This document shows positions 10,898-25,512 of a DNA stretch of 64,000 nt, piece by piece. The notes beneath the pieces were generated by a model. The model worked only from the letters and a program-made list of their open reading frames with translations. It did not search any database and was not told the origin of the DNA. The position numbers and the translations under genes were made by a program. Source of the DNA: Trichoplax adhaerens (Eukaryota > Animalia > Placozoa); NCBI RefSeq assembly GCF_000150275.1, contig NW_002060943.1:11842878-11906877 (forward strand), given 5' to 3'. The stretch's first letter is position 1. Every line of letters starts with the position of its first letter.

Positions 10898-13800
10898 TCA
10901 ATCTAAATAAATTGCGCTATAGAATAAAATGAAGAAACCGGGCTAGTAGATTCGAAATCAGAAGCAAGTAGAAAAACTTCTGCCGCGGTATCGTTACAAT
11001 TGCGTTCTTGTAGGATGGCTCCGAGTGCATTCCTAATCGTAATTTAAATGAGTAACTTAGCAAAAGGATACTACAAAAAAATTCCAATTATCGCAATATT
11101 TACCAAGCACAATGCGCTGCTGGTTCAACTTTAATTGCTTCTAGGAAAAATTTTTCAGCCATATCAAGATTACCGAGTTCATGATGAGTAAACCCCTTCG
11201 TTTTAAAAAATATTTGATTAATATGCTTATAAAAAACGATACCGATAACAAGTTTTCAATAAACTACAGCAGTTTATTCTTGGTGTTACACACCCAATCT
11301 AACTAGTATTCGTACAATGCCATTGTATTACTGACTGTAATTTATTCACAGACGAATTTAACTCAATCAAACCTACCAGATGTAGGAGAGTGTTAAAGTG
11401 ATCGTGATTTCCAGCTAGTACATTATCATAGTATTGCTTTGCTTCTCTCAAGTTACCCTTACTTTCAAGCAATCTTCCATACTGAAACATACAAAGTTTA
11501 AAAGTGAACGATATAAATGATATAAACATATATCATCATTCATATCATAAGCTTGTATTCCTTACATAATGCATTACATCAACCGATTTTGAGCTGATCA
11601 TGCTCGCTTCTTTTATGCTCATTTCCGCATCACTTAATCTTCCAAGCTGGATATAAATATCCGCTTACAATATCAACAAAAGTAGGAAAAGAGTCTTAAC
11701 ATGGATGATTTAATTGTTTATGGTATTAACGTTAGTTACAGTACTTACCAATTGATAGCCAAATTTTGGTTAATAAGCGAGGAGTAAGCTCAAAATCCAA
11801 GTACGACGATAAACCTTTGCTGCCAGTGGTACTAATTCCAGATAGGGATGAAGCGTCATCACTGTATGCAAGCTGGTTATAGCTAGCTGTGCTGACAATA
11901 TCTGATCTTGCTTTATTTTCGTGCAGTCTGGCTTTTTTCGATAGTAAATGGTATTTTACTAGGATAGTTTTATAAGTATCTAAGGCCTGATTACCACTGA
12001 TATAAACCTCTTCTAGCTTTGCCTTTAAAAACATCAGGCTGATATAGCAATAGTAGACGAGACGATTATTTATACATCGATATATAATTTTAAATAATTA
12101 GTGTTTCATTAATTTCATAGCATACCTAAAATTGTCAGGATATTCAGTAGCAGCTATATCACATATGTCTAATGCTTGTCTGCCCTATAATGCAATTTTT
12201 AAGTAAATGACATTACACTACTACAGATAATGAAGTATTATATTTAAAATCTTCCAAGTATTACGTTAAATTATTTATGGAATATAAACAGTAATAGGCA
12301 ATAGATTGAGATTATTAGTTCTACCTTTTTCTGTGCTGATAGAAGTAAAGCTGCCAGATGCAAACATCGTAGATCAGTCCTATTAAGCTGCAAGGCTATT
12401 CTATTATAGTGGACCGCGTTTACGATCTATTATATGAGTATAGCGAATAAGAATCTCAAGAATGTATATTTAGAGAAGCAAGATAATTCTTACATCACGG
12501 ATGAACGCATAATTTAAGGCTAAGTGAAAACTAGTCCTGTAATCTCCAGGTGCTAGTTCGTATGCCCTAAACACAAAGATATCGTCATTAGCACAAATGC
12601 TTAATCAATAATTAACTGGGTATTCGTTTCAGAATATGAAGTTGTATATGGTATAAATTATTGCAGTAACTGACTTTTCAAGTGAATTTAAAGCTCTCTC
12701 CTGTAATTTCTTTCGATGATTAATTAATAGTACTAAAAAATTAAAGAATGATAGTTTTGTTAGATGCAATACAACTAAAAATACCAAAAAGAGTGCATTT
12801 CAATAACAGTTAACCTGAAGAAGCTTGTCTACTGTAAGTGATGCCGAGAATAAGATGAGCATTTGCAAGAAGATGGCGAGACTCCTTTTGGTCAATAACT
12901 TTGGATGCATAAAATTCCGCATCATCTACCTAATAGTACAGTTGTAATAGAAAGACAAAGTTATCTTAGATCTCCGATATCAGAACAAGAAAAATCAAGT
13001 AAAACCGTATATACGTATAACTAACGTTGTGTAAATGATTAAGAGAAATCTTTGCAATTGTAAGATTCACAATTGAATTCATTGGAGAAAGTATCAGGCA
13101 CTTTTTCAGTGCTAGCATTGCCCGATCGTACTGTAAAATAAGATATCGTCAGTACAAGACGAATGCCCTCTTACGGAAAGGGTTACTTCGGTTAGTATTC
13201 ATGATGTACGGTACCTTTCGATTAGCTATTAATGACAGAGAAAACTGAAACCATACATGAAAAATGTCCATCGAGTACTTTAACGCCCTTTCATAAACCT
13301 ACAATACAGTACATGGTATTTAATTAGTGTTAATATCTTATCTAAGGAGTATATCTATTAACGATAACTACGATGATAGATATCAAAGGACGTAATAATA
13401 AACTCGGTTTACAATAACGCTATTTAATTTATCTTAATAAGATACTTATTTTAGCTAATACCTATATTAAATATAGTAACAAACCTCCGCAACGATAGGA
13501 ATTAATGACCGACGCATGAGGACTACAGCAAGTAAATCGTAAATATTCCTAAGACGGTTTAAATTGCTAAAACCTATGTTTTCAATGTCCTTGATGGTCT
13601 ATGAAAGATAAGGTAGGGAATCTCTATTACTTGAAGGTCATGAGTGTAAGATACAAATAGCAATAGCTTGGCTTACCAGCATTTCCGTAATCAGTGACAG
13701 TAATAATACTTCTTCAGTAATATCGTCAGGAAAATATAAATTTTTTCCATTAAGAGACGGTTTTACCCAAGAATACTTTTGGTTTGCGAAATCCATAATG

Positions 13801-16430
13801 CTTTTAAGAGTAACTGGAAGATATTTATGGTCACTCATTCGGAATAAGAGGATTTCTGCTAAGTGATAGCTTAACAACTATAGTAACGAGGTAACAGTCT
13901 TTTAATTGAGCTTATCAGCACTGTTAATTTTAAAATTGACACATTAAAATAGTATCGAATATACTTACTGCTCGTAAGCGGAGAAATAAATTTGAATCGA
14001 AAGCCACTAATAGAAATCTTGATCGTCTGATGACATCACTAGTTGAACTAATACGAATAGTTTAAGCCATCTAAATTTTAATCCTCTTTAATCAAGAGCC
14101 AATAAACATTATGCTCTATTTTCTAACTTTACAACTAATGTTAGATCTATCTTGGTTATGTAAACTACAATAGATGGACGATTAAAGTACAGTCTATACC
14201 ATTTATCTAGCAGTAGCGACGGCATGGTACCGATACATTCTTCAAGAAATTCTCCAACTACAAATTTTGAGGTTGAATCCCTTCTTTCTTTGTTGAAATT
14301 ATTTGATACATCCAGTTTCATCATTAAACTACTTGCACTTTCATAACACTTGATAATATCGGCAGAAGTTGAGCGTAACTTGTCCAGACATTTGCCTGTA
14401 ATTCAATATGTACAGAATTATACGAAAATGCTCGGATAAAAGTCACAGACTTTGCTATTTTATAGTGTAAACAGTAAAGCTTAGCGTTTATCAACTATAC
14501 AGTAGATGCTTGATAATAAAACGAGTAGACGTTGCTATTTAGTGATTTACCTTTGTAACAGTATGCTTCGCAAACAGTTCGTATAAACCATTTGTTCGAA
14601 TTATCAGAAATATCAATTGATTCTAGTTGTAATTTGGAGTATAATCTAGTGGCATCTTTGAATAGATTTAGATAATAGCAAGTCTTTGCTAACAGGAGCA
14701 AACTTTCCTGTTGATATTGTTGCTACAATGATTAAGAGAGAACGATCAACAGTTATATATATATAGTATCAAAATGAAGAAAGAATGCTAATTTGGATAA
14801 ACTGTATAGTTATAATCGCACTATGTTTGTATAATTAGCAGAAATATCAATACAGTTAGCCTACCTTTATCTTGGTATCGTTTCCAATGCTCATCAATTG
14901 CCTTTTAAGCCTGGATAAAGCTTCGTTTCGTTTATCGCTTGGAATAGAGTTAGCAGTAATTAAAATTTCTAATTCGCCTTCAATTGTAATTAATTTCTTA
15001 AAGATACCTATAGCAGAAAATGAAACCGAACATGAGTCTAAAGTCCTAATTTCAAATAAGTATCATTGAAGTAAATCATTGCCAGTATATGCATATTTCA
15101 TCTAGGAAAAATTATCCATGCTAATAATTGTGATGACAACAAAGGGAAGTTTTTATTTTAAAAAAAATGCTTTAAAGTCTGCTATGTTACAGAGCAATGA
15201 CGTTATTCGCGTAGTACGTGTGAAAGTTTTCGGTTATCTCTTGCACGTACTGTATACAAATGTTGTACAGGTAATTGGTGACTGCTCCTACAATGGCTAA
15301 TTATAATGATACTCGTTTGCATATCGTGATAGCACAGCGAATTCAGCTGCTACACTTGCAAAGGATGATGAATTACGTTGAAGCATTTAGTGATCAAAAT
15401 TTGGTCAAAGATATTGAAGAATTTGTACATTCTGTTTTTATTTAATTTTACGCGCAGCCCAAAAGGGAGAGTGCGTGAAAACTATGGATTATTTGTTAAT
15501 TGTCATCATACCATCATAGTCTGTCGGTCAAAAGATTACAGAGATAGTCATTTCTCTTTGATCATTAACAGCAATTTTACACGATTTAAACAGTGTTGGT
15601 TTGATGATAATATCGAGAATATTTATGGATCGTTGAGAATTTATTTACCTAGTCGAGATTTTGTGTTCGCTTTAACAGTATAGATTCATTTTTACAAGTA
15701 ATTAGGGAGTACTTTGGAAATTATTACTCTGACAACGTGTTTAAACAACAAATTTGCTAAAAAAAAGTAATAGAGTAAGTTGAAGCATATACCACCAATC
15801 CTTAAACATTGAATATCTCATGGCTTGTTTTGTCTCACTGCGGTACCGATGCACTCAGTTGTAGAATGAATAGACAGAACGACAAATATTAGGGCAAGAA
15901 GGGAAATTATATGATTGTCTTGTATTGCAATGTTATCTTAAAAATTATATGTATGATATGGATATTTTGTGCTTACCATCTTATTAATTAATTACGGTAG
16001 AAACCATATCGATTTTGAACAATGTTGATTAATTATATCGGTTAAACGATTAAACGATAAGGCAGCTGCTCTACTGTACGACAATACTGGTGGCATCACT
16101 CATTCATTGCTAATAATGCGGTATCGAAAATGCTAACTGCTTATGGTATGATAACATACCCGTATGTGCATAATTTCAGCTAATTTCAGCTAGTGTATTT
16201 TCTTGGTTAACAATGTCATCAAATTAAGTCTGAATATAGCATAATTAGAACATCGAAATAAGAGGATTTGTATTTCTCATGACTGGTTAAAAAACTCTTT
16301 TTTTTATTTGTAGTTGCAACAACTTACTTTCTTCTCTGATGCTATCAGCGATCGATGCCAATTGATGCCAATCTCTTTCATTACGCGCTTTTTCAACGCT
16401 ACTTTCAATGTCTAATTTCTTCCTACTCAT
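10898..16430 (-). CDS. TTC7: Tetratricopeptide repeat protein 7 (PI4KIIIalpha complex scaffold)
   Basis: First exon MSRKKLDIESSVEKARNERDWHQL; internal YFPDDITEEVLLLSLITE, FHLALNYAFIRD|..HLAALLLSAQK|..ATEYPDNF|SLMFLKAKLEE, IWLSIADIY; C-terminal TPRs ending FLLASDFESTSPVSSFYSAIYLD*. All match recalled TTC7A/B segments. Confidence 0.88.
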
Positions 16431-17063
16431 TCTGATTCTTTACCATTTAAAGGCTAACTACTATACGATGAGATACTTTTTGGCTGATTTAGTTAGTCAG
16501 CCAGTCAATATTGTTAGAGTTATAATATTAAAATCATTCGAAAACAGAGTCTTAAGAATAGTCTCAAAGAAGGAATCCAGTAGCGAATACAAGTCGTATA
16601 TTTTGCAAAGAATGGCCAATGAATTGAATTCTACAACATGGTGTAATTCAATGCGGGCGTATCCATCACTCCCTCAGTTTATTCTATCGAAAAAATACGC
16701 GCAATCCTTCAGTGTGTGCCACCCAAATTCGATTGGATTGGACAAGGTATAATTTCTAGCCTGGAGCATCTTATCCAATGTAGTCCATTGGATAAGATAC
16801 AGAAATGGAAAAAATTCGGATTATCCTAAAGCTTGATGAACCCCAGTGAAAATTTCTTTTGACACGAAGAGAGTAAAACTACATGTAGTGTAGACTCGTA
16901 CAGTACGTTGGTACGGACAGCGAAATAAATGATAAGGTAGTCCAGTATAGAGATTTATATTGACCGTGTCCGTTGAATAGGAACTTTCTTCTTCAGTCTT
17001 GGGTGAACGAGGAGGGTACGGTACAGTACCCATTGGAATCGATACGCAAGATAAGGGGCTGAC

Positions 17064-17817
17064 GCCTGACCACAAACACTTCACTACAGTCTATTATTAT
17101 CATGCAGGTCAGAGAGAAATGTCATTGACGTCCGATAGGTGACACACAACGATACGCTGACTTGGATGAGTGACCAGTCCACTTCAACTCGAAAATGTGA
17201 CTCTCTATTGGACAGTACGTACAGTCTATACAGGGCGAGTATCAAGACCTTCCCATAGGCCTGACCACGAACACTTCACTACAGTCTATTATTATCATGC
17301 AGGTCAGAGAGAAATGTCATTGATGTCCGATAGGTGACACACAACGATACGCTGACTATTGGACACTGGACAGTACGTACAGTCCATACAGGGCGAGTAT
17401 CAAGACCTTCCCACAGGCCTGACCACGAACACTTCACTGCAGTCTACTATTATCATGCAGGTCAGAGAGAAATGTCATTGACGTCCGATAGGTACTCGGT
17501 AAGGTGACACACAACGATACGCTGACTTGGATGAGTGACCAGTCCACTTCAACTCGAAAATGTGACTCTCTATTGGACAGTACGTACAGTCTATACAGGG
17601 CGAGTATCAAGACCTTCCCACAGGCCTGACCACGAACACTTCACTACAGTCTATTATTATCGTGCAGGTCAGAGAGAAATGTCATTGATGTCCGATAGGT
17701 GACACATAACGATACGCTGACTTGGATGTGTGACCAGTCCACTTCAACTCGAAAATGTGACTCCCTATTGGACACTGGACAGTACGTACAGTCCATACAG
17801 GGCGAGTATCAAGACCT
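17064..17817. repeat. Tandem array, 4 copies of a ~195-bp unit (158-207 bp)
   Basis: Units start gcctgaccac at 17064, 17259, 17417 and 17624; near-identical apart from indels. Lies in the TTC7/PACS divergent gap. Confidence 0.95.
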
Positions 17818-17832
17818 CACTTGGACTGGACG

Positions 17833-18000
17833 ATACTGTACTGTACAGTACTGTAATGCCGAGTCTCCTTACTGCCTTAAATGTGTACAGTACTGTACAG
17901 TAGTACAGTATACAGTATACAGTAGATATACAGTATACAGTATGACATACTGTATATACGTACATTGTACACTACTGTACTGTACTCCAGTACAGTGTAT
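17833..18000. repeat. Mixed-orientation TACAGTA/TACTGTA tract
   Basis: Dense tactgtactgtacagtactgta...tacagtagtacagtatacagtatacagta, about 200 bp upstream of the PACS ATG. Confidence 0.9.
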
Positions 18001-18194
18001 TAAGGCCGTGGATCGGTGTCAATCAGCTCAATGCTCATCGATCTTTGTTAGCCAATTGCCTTCAATTCACTGCACATTTCAAAGGCCTTTTTACCTATTT
18101 TGCTGGCTTTTACTTCATAGTGTATGTGGCAAAAGAAGTGAATTATATTAATCAACAGATTCTAGTGATTATACGTACCATTAATGACACATTA

Positions 18195-21100
18195 ATGGCT
18201 TCCCCAAAGAAATTTACCGGTGTTTCTTCTTTGGCTCCTCCACCTATGAAATTTTTTGCAACATGGGAAGTCGATCGTGCTCAACCCAATTGTGTTCCAA
18301 GGTAATTACTTGCAATAACCCAGTTTCAATGGCAAATTTGTTCATTTCACTAATATGATTTACCTATTTATTGGCCTTGACACTCTATAAACTGTAATAG
18401 GAGTGATATAGTCGTACTATCCTTCGTATTAAATTAGGACAGAAATGATTTACTACCTTCTTCAAAATGACTACAAGTAATGTGCAATCGATTGTATCAG
18501 CCATGATTTAAATGCTATAGTACAAATATTGAATTGTTGCAAAATAGCAATTTCCGAACAGATTGCAAAAGATTTAATTATTATAGTATTGTTATTATTC
18601 AAGTTGTCTTTCACCTTGGCCTCCAATATCTTCATTATGAATCGTTAAAATGCTAATCTAGATCACAAAATTCGTAACATAATATTATTCGATAATAATC
18701 CATCAAAGCGATTATCGTGTCTAGTGCTTACTGGATCGACATACAGTACTCGGATACTGTAATAATAGAAAGAGAGTATTTACTCTTGCCTATGATACCA
18801 ATCGACAACAATCATGACAATTGACCATCAAAGCCTTTGCAACGGATTAATTAAAATTATAAGGAAATTGTATTCAAGTAGTCTATGCCTACTTCACTTA
18901 TTATACTGTTCAATTATACTTGAAACGAGCTAAAGGAAGATAATATATTGAGCACTCTAGGATCGAGTTACAGTATCCCGTCAATTAAATAAAAAATCAA
19001 TCAACTCACAGCAATTTCCTTGATTCATCATATAGAAATTTGGCATCAATGATCCTAAATTTTGTTATTCACTATTTCTGTTTTAAATTGTAAGCCTAGT
19101 CGCTGAGCAAGATATTACAAAATGTGAAGTACTGTAATTCAGTAGCACTGACGATATAATTGAAGTTTTATATGCTGTGCAATGATCTAGGAATGTATAC
19201 GATTGATACCACATTTTATGGTGTAATATTGTCTGGCTAATATGTACTCTATGAGTACGAATTTCATCATACTAGATTTCTTATCAGCCTTAAATACAGT
19301 AACCAAATAAGATCACTTATATATCTATTTGAAAATCAACACCTTGGTACTCGATGTGATTGATATGTTCCATTTCACGATGTAAATGTGTACGCATTAA
19401 ATTTTATAGTACGGTATTCGTATTTGATAAAACCTTTCAATATCGTTTTCTTTAGTAAATTGAATGGCTGCTTAGTTATATTAAAACGCCGATACTCTAT
19501 TGGCTGCACAACACGATAGGCTGTATAAATTCAGCTCATACAAGTATTTTCACCTTATACTCTGTTTGAATACAACTCTCCAAATCCGCAAAGTATAATT
19601 TATAACTAATTAATAAGACTGCTAGAGTTAATAGAGTATAATAGAATATAAGCATGTAAATAAACCTTCGTATCTCATGCAGCAAGGCATATCTTGTACA
19701 TCACCGCTAAACTACAGTACTATACGGCAAAAATTTCATCGCCAGTCTCGATTGTGACAGCAATTTTGTCCAGATTTTGAGACACAGATACAGATTGATT
19801 TTAAAATTTATTCAAAAATTTATTCTTCTACGAATAACTCTTAATATTCCTCAAGTTCGTACGCTGATCAATTCTAATTAAATTGATTATTGTTGATCTC
19901 AATGTTAGGCTGTGCGTTTTACGAATAACTCGATTGGAAATTACTCAAGACATAGGATCAACGGATGGACAAACAGTCTTTATTGGATTATCCTTTAAAG
20001 TATACAGATACGATAAATTAATGCCTTTTAAAGTAATAGCTCTCAAAATTATACTCTATCATACATTCATCTTCACTCGTACAGCGCTTTAACCGTTAAA
20101 ATTTAGTTTTACTGTGATCTCATTAACCCCTAGTTCAATTGAAATATAATTATCTACAACTTTTACATTTGTATATTAGATGTTGCTAAGAGCTACCAAT
20201 GTGTATGCTTGGTAAAGTATGTTAATTATATAAGTCAGTTAGTAATATAATTTTTTTATTATAAATGATATCCCATTGGATGGCAACCTTAGAACAAGCA
20301 CACATTACGGTCTGGAGAAATACCCTTGAAATCAAGCAACAAAGGGACCGATATCGATCTAAGTATTACCTTTACAGTTCAGGTATGTAATTATATCATT
20401 CGTATATTAACTTATTCCAGCTGCCATTTCATACCCTAGTTGATAGCTTTTTAGGATGAAATATTATTATGCATACTTTATACGGGCTTACTGCAATCTA
20501 CTACATTTAGAGAAAACTGTCCAATATTTGACTTGGAATGGTAAAAATTTGTCAGTTTATTGTCGTTCTCTTTAGTAACTATAATATGCCATTCATAATT
20601 TCATACCAAATCAGATCATGGCATTGATATTGTAAAATTGACTTACTTGTTTTATTGCTAAATTACAAAATGTTAGATCTAATATGTAGGTTCCTCTTAA
20701 GCGTGTATCGTATCGTATTTGTATAGAGACCTTAATACATCAAGACGTTTTCTATTCTGCCTATAGTATCCGCATTACTTAAAAGAGCCCGGCTGTCATA
20801 TGAAAGTTATACTGCAGCGGCGAAAAAGATACAAAAGGAAAGCTATTTTAGGGTTTAAAACTCTAGCATTCGGTTCAATCAATATGAATGAGGTTGGTTG
20901 ATTACAAAAAATTATCGCCACATTGATTTCTGCGCTGATTATTTTATTGTGTTATATTACCTTAGTCAGAAATTTTATTTTGCTACATTCTATAACATAC
21001 TGTAAATGTTCATTTATTAATGTATAGGTTCTACAAAGTCCAGTTAAAGACAAAGTCGTTTTACAATTATACTGCAAGGATTCTAATTCTCATGTCGCTC

Positions 21101-24100
21101 AAATTGTAATGTCTTCTGTCATAAGGTACCTTTCTCTTCCTTAAATTATTCGAAACTATCGTAGGATAAATAAAGTGCTCGTAATGCCTCACATACAAGC
21201 GGCATTATCGTTAATTTCATTTGCTATTACACACACGTATTGATTAATTATTATTGTATTCGCGTATAATACAATTTCCATCATTTGCTTTTCCAAACCC
21301 CTGCTATTAATTCGCTTAATACATTTACGAGTATAATATATCAAATAACAACAGCAATCGAATTTAATTAATCATATCGTTATAATATTGCAAACAACTA
21401 AAGTCAACCAGTAGAGGTGGATTTGGAGGATGACCATAACCGAGCCCTACAAATGCCAGGTGATTTAGATAGAACAAAGTTTATCTATATTTAGTTCGCT
21501 TACCTAGTACCTACAAGTACTTAGCGATATGTTATCTATATCAGGTGCTATGAGTTCTGACGAAGACATAGATTCTTCTGATCAAGACGATGAAGTTTAT
21601 GATGAACACACTGGTCAAAAGTCTAAAAGTCGCTCTCAGAGAAAATTTTCATCTAAGGTTTTGAACTCTTCCCATCATATTTTGTTTAAGATTTCTTATA
21701 TGCTTACAGTTAGAAACCAATCAATAATTTTGTCGTCTCAGAATGCATTCCGTCAAAAGTTTCAAGAATTTTTACGAAAATTTAAGGTTAATGATGAGGT
21801 AACCTGATTTTATTCTACCGTCGCGTTCTTCATGTCGTAAATGTAACGCCTTAATAGAAAAACAAGTACTGTATTGCTAAAAAGATATTTACTTTAGACT
21901 TTAGAAGATACAGGCATCGCGCCTCGGAATGCTGAAGCCTACTTTCCTGACGATTCAATTTCAGAAAATGATGATTCGGCTGACTTTCAATCCACAGACA
22001 GTGCCAGCGATGACGAAAATCCTTATACTCCGAAGCCTGCTTTAAGGTTTATTTAGCGCTGAACTATCTTGTCAGTTTTCAGATTGCAACTAGATCCTCG
22101 TTAGATATAACGTAAAACCAAACATTGATATTTGTAAAATAATATTTTCAGACCTTTCTATCTATCAGCTGATGTAACAAATCGTGAAGATGTCGATCCT
22201 ACCAGTTCTCCAAAGGTTAAGGACTGACAGTACATAATGACTGGCTGAGATAGTGATAATCGCACATTATTTGCACACAGACTTACTAATAGTGTTCTAA
22301 AATTTTAACTGTTACAGTTAAATTTATGAAAGCTAATTGAATATGTATTAAAAAATTAAAATTTGTAGGCAAATAATCCAAGTGGGGCTCAAACAATTGA
22401 AAATCGTCACGCAAGCGCACAAATGCCTGTAAATATGTTATCGTTATGGTGTAATTATGGTATTACGTTCACTGACAATTTCGCTTCATATTCTAAGCCT
22501 AATTGCTTTTTGCTTAGGTGTCTGATTCTGATAACTCGAATAATATGTCAACTATCGTAAGGGAAATATCCGCATCTGGCTCACTTACACGTAGCTGGTC
22601 GATTTCTTCACTAGATGATTCGAAAGGCAGTAACGAAAGAAATTCAATTTATAGAACTTCAAGCGTTGGCCTAGATAATAAGATAAAGAGGGACAAATCT
22701 GTAAGCTACTATATCATTTGAGTTGTTGCCGCACCATTATAGACACTTATAAATTTACAAAACTAAAACATTAACGTTATATTTTAGCCATCGGCCTCGC
22801 CTTCTAGTTCAGGAGTCATTGAAGTTACACCTCCGGCTTCATTTACTGAACAGTTAATCAGCGTTGTAAAAAATACAGACCAGTATCCAGAAAGTATCAT
22901 ACTGATAGATGCTTCTAGCGATTATGGATTGGTACGTAGCGCAAAAAATTTACTTCATAAAATCATGGTTATGCATGACCAAAACTAAGAAAAAACTGAT
23001 GTATCTTTAATAATATTTAGTTAATAGGTCAGTCTATGCCTTCAAAGCGCAATTGTTCGATCAATGTTAATGGAGCCGCAGACGTTAGAACTGTAATGAT
23101 TGCAATCATTTCCAAAATTCAGAAATTGTAAGTAGAATACTGTTAGTTCTAATTGGATTCAAACGTGTACGTCATCAATGCATGGATTACCCTAAGAAAA
23201 GATAGTTAATTACTTTTTACTTTAAAACATGAAAACTCCTTTTTAAAGTTGCAATCATCATTCCGTAAATCCACCATTAATGAAAGTGACCTTAATTGGT
23301 GGACAAGAACTAATGGGCATGACTGTCAAAGCTTATGTAGATGAGTTCTCAACTAAGCCTCCAGAATGGCAAAACTTTATTACGTTTCTCTTAGTACCTA
23401 CTGGTTAGTATCTTAACTATGTAGGAATAATCACTTTGTAATGATCTAATACCTCTATCTCTGCTGCATTTATTATTTAGGTCCAAATCCGATATGTGAT
23501 TATCTCGGTAAAATCGATCAAAATTATAGCAAGTCATTCCTTGACACGAAATGGAAAGAAATAATACTCGATTCCGATGGCAAATCTGATAAAGGTATAC
23601 TATTGATTATCAAAGTTTTGGATAAAGAATCTATCAACGATCAATATTATAGGAAAAACGTAACTGTATAACTGATATATGGCCATTGAACCTTCACAGC
23701 ATCAAACATTGATCATCGTGTTTCAAGATATATATCACGCGTTAAGGAAAGTAAACAATTTCCTATCGCTGAAGCGCTGATATCTTGCAAGCAAGATAGG
23801 TAGTGATATTCAACATCCTATTCATCCATAGATTTAATATAATAATGGCCACATTGCTAATATTTTCAAATATCATAGCATAAGTAGTAAAGAATCCACT
23901 TCGGAAGTTTTTGTACCATTTATAGCAGTAAGTTATGTGCTTCAATTCTTATATCATTAAGCTACTACATATCATAGAGCTTGCAATACTTCTCATTTAG
24001 AATGTATTGCATACTAAATTATTTCTTTATATCTATTTATAGACGGTTGGAATTGGTATCCAAGATACTGGTACAATTTCAGGGATTAGTGGTAGGATGC

Positions 24101-25067
24101 TGCATGACATGGATTGACTAGTTCTCTTTAATTTATTGAATCTTTTAATTTGTAACGCAAGTAAATTATGCTCATGTGATAGATCCTAGCGGTAATTATA
24201 ACGATGATAAATCACTATCAGTCAACAAAGACCTTTCTGTAAAAGAATTAATCTCTCAAAGTCCCAGGTATAAAATTTAATTTTTACGGCTGAATTTTCG
24301 AAATGTTATGTAACCTAATATTGGACACCTTATGATCGTAATTAATCATATCACGTGTAATGATTAAGCGGAGCTGGCGAACACCTCGATCTTCAGGTTG
24401 ATTATTGGATTACGGGAGGAAAGAAAGAATCTGCAAAGGTTGGATTATTTCTGACTTTCGCAGTACAGTAAAAGGTTATATCGTCATATATTGTGAGATT
24501 AACTGTAATATTTTGCTGTTACAGTCGAGTATAAAAGGTGGCTTTAAAAGTTTAATGATTCGAAGGCTTTCTAACGAAAATGCACCTAATACCCTTGCTA
24601 TGGAAGCCGTTACAAAGGAGAAGAAAAAGGCCGGTAATAAGTATAATCAAAGTAGATTTCATAATCTAATATCATGTTATCGCACCTAGTCTATACAGAT
24701 TGAGTTACTCTGTTACTGAAGGCCATTTTAATTTTTAGTTATAGTTAGGCTTAAAAAAGTAAAAGAAAGTGGAATACCAATCAATGCTATGGTCAGCAAG
24801 TTGATTTGCACGACAAAATCGCAATCTAATAAGTTGACAGGTTAGTAATGTTGGCAATGCAGGTACTTACCGCACGATCACTCAGTATCATTAAAATTGT
24901 TGAAAGAAAGGTAATATTATTGATAATATTTAATTTCAGCGATCGTTGATGGAGTGGAGTGGAGTAGTGTGAAATTTATATCGTTCTCAACAACTTGGAG
25001 AAGTCATACTAAATACTTTCCTGTCGGTGTCTTTGATAAACTGGAAGCTACCGAAACAGTATGTTGA
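18195..25067 (+). CDS. PACS: Phosphofurin acidic cluster sorting protein (PACS1/2 family)
   Basis: [19 protein letters not shown]|[14 protein letters not shown]|[35 protein letters not shown], acidic cluster [39 protein letters not shown]-terminal [31 protein letters not shown]. Confidence 0.93.
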
Positions 25068-25512
25068 TTTAAAGGTAAATTTTCGATCCTAACTTTATTA
25101 CATAAATTAAAGCTTCAATTTGTCATGAAATTTCTGCTCTTTGTCAAAATTCTAACCTATTAATTTACTTTTATTACAGCCTTGATAGCACATTACGTAC
25201 ACGTTTCCAAGTATCCCGTCTATTTCATCATTATCATTTGTATAAATTACATATTAAACTACAACAGAATCAGTAACGAATTTTACCTGCCACAACTTTA
25301 GTAAGGTACGCTAGCTTACATAATGCCGGTTTTACTTACCTTTCAAGTAAATCTCTACATTCTAATACGAATTAATCTTGACTATTACTACTATACTATA
25401 CTTCAATGAACTAAAAATCATTTCAACTCAACGTACAAGTTTAATATCATCATCCAATTATAATTATTAATGCGATTCCAATCTTTAAAATATTACTTTT
25501 AAAGTTGTAAGA

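Noticed and set aside
15977-15979. Possible 3-nt microexon (AG|ATG|GTAAGC) in TTC7 intron 1
   Set aside because: Frame-neutral but not required, and it lacks a pyrimidine tract; it needs junction reads.
15378-16752. Plus-strand ORFs 15378-15683 and 16408-16752
   Set aside because: Antisense to TTC7 intron 1 and 5' region, AT-rich, with no motifs; probably chance.
17064-17817. Hammerhead ribozyme / retrozyme in the 195-bp unit (GGATGAG...CTCGAAA)
   Set aside because: The core lacks CUGANGA and stem II does not close next to GAAA; an Infernal search would settle it.
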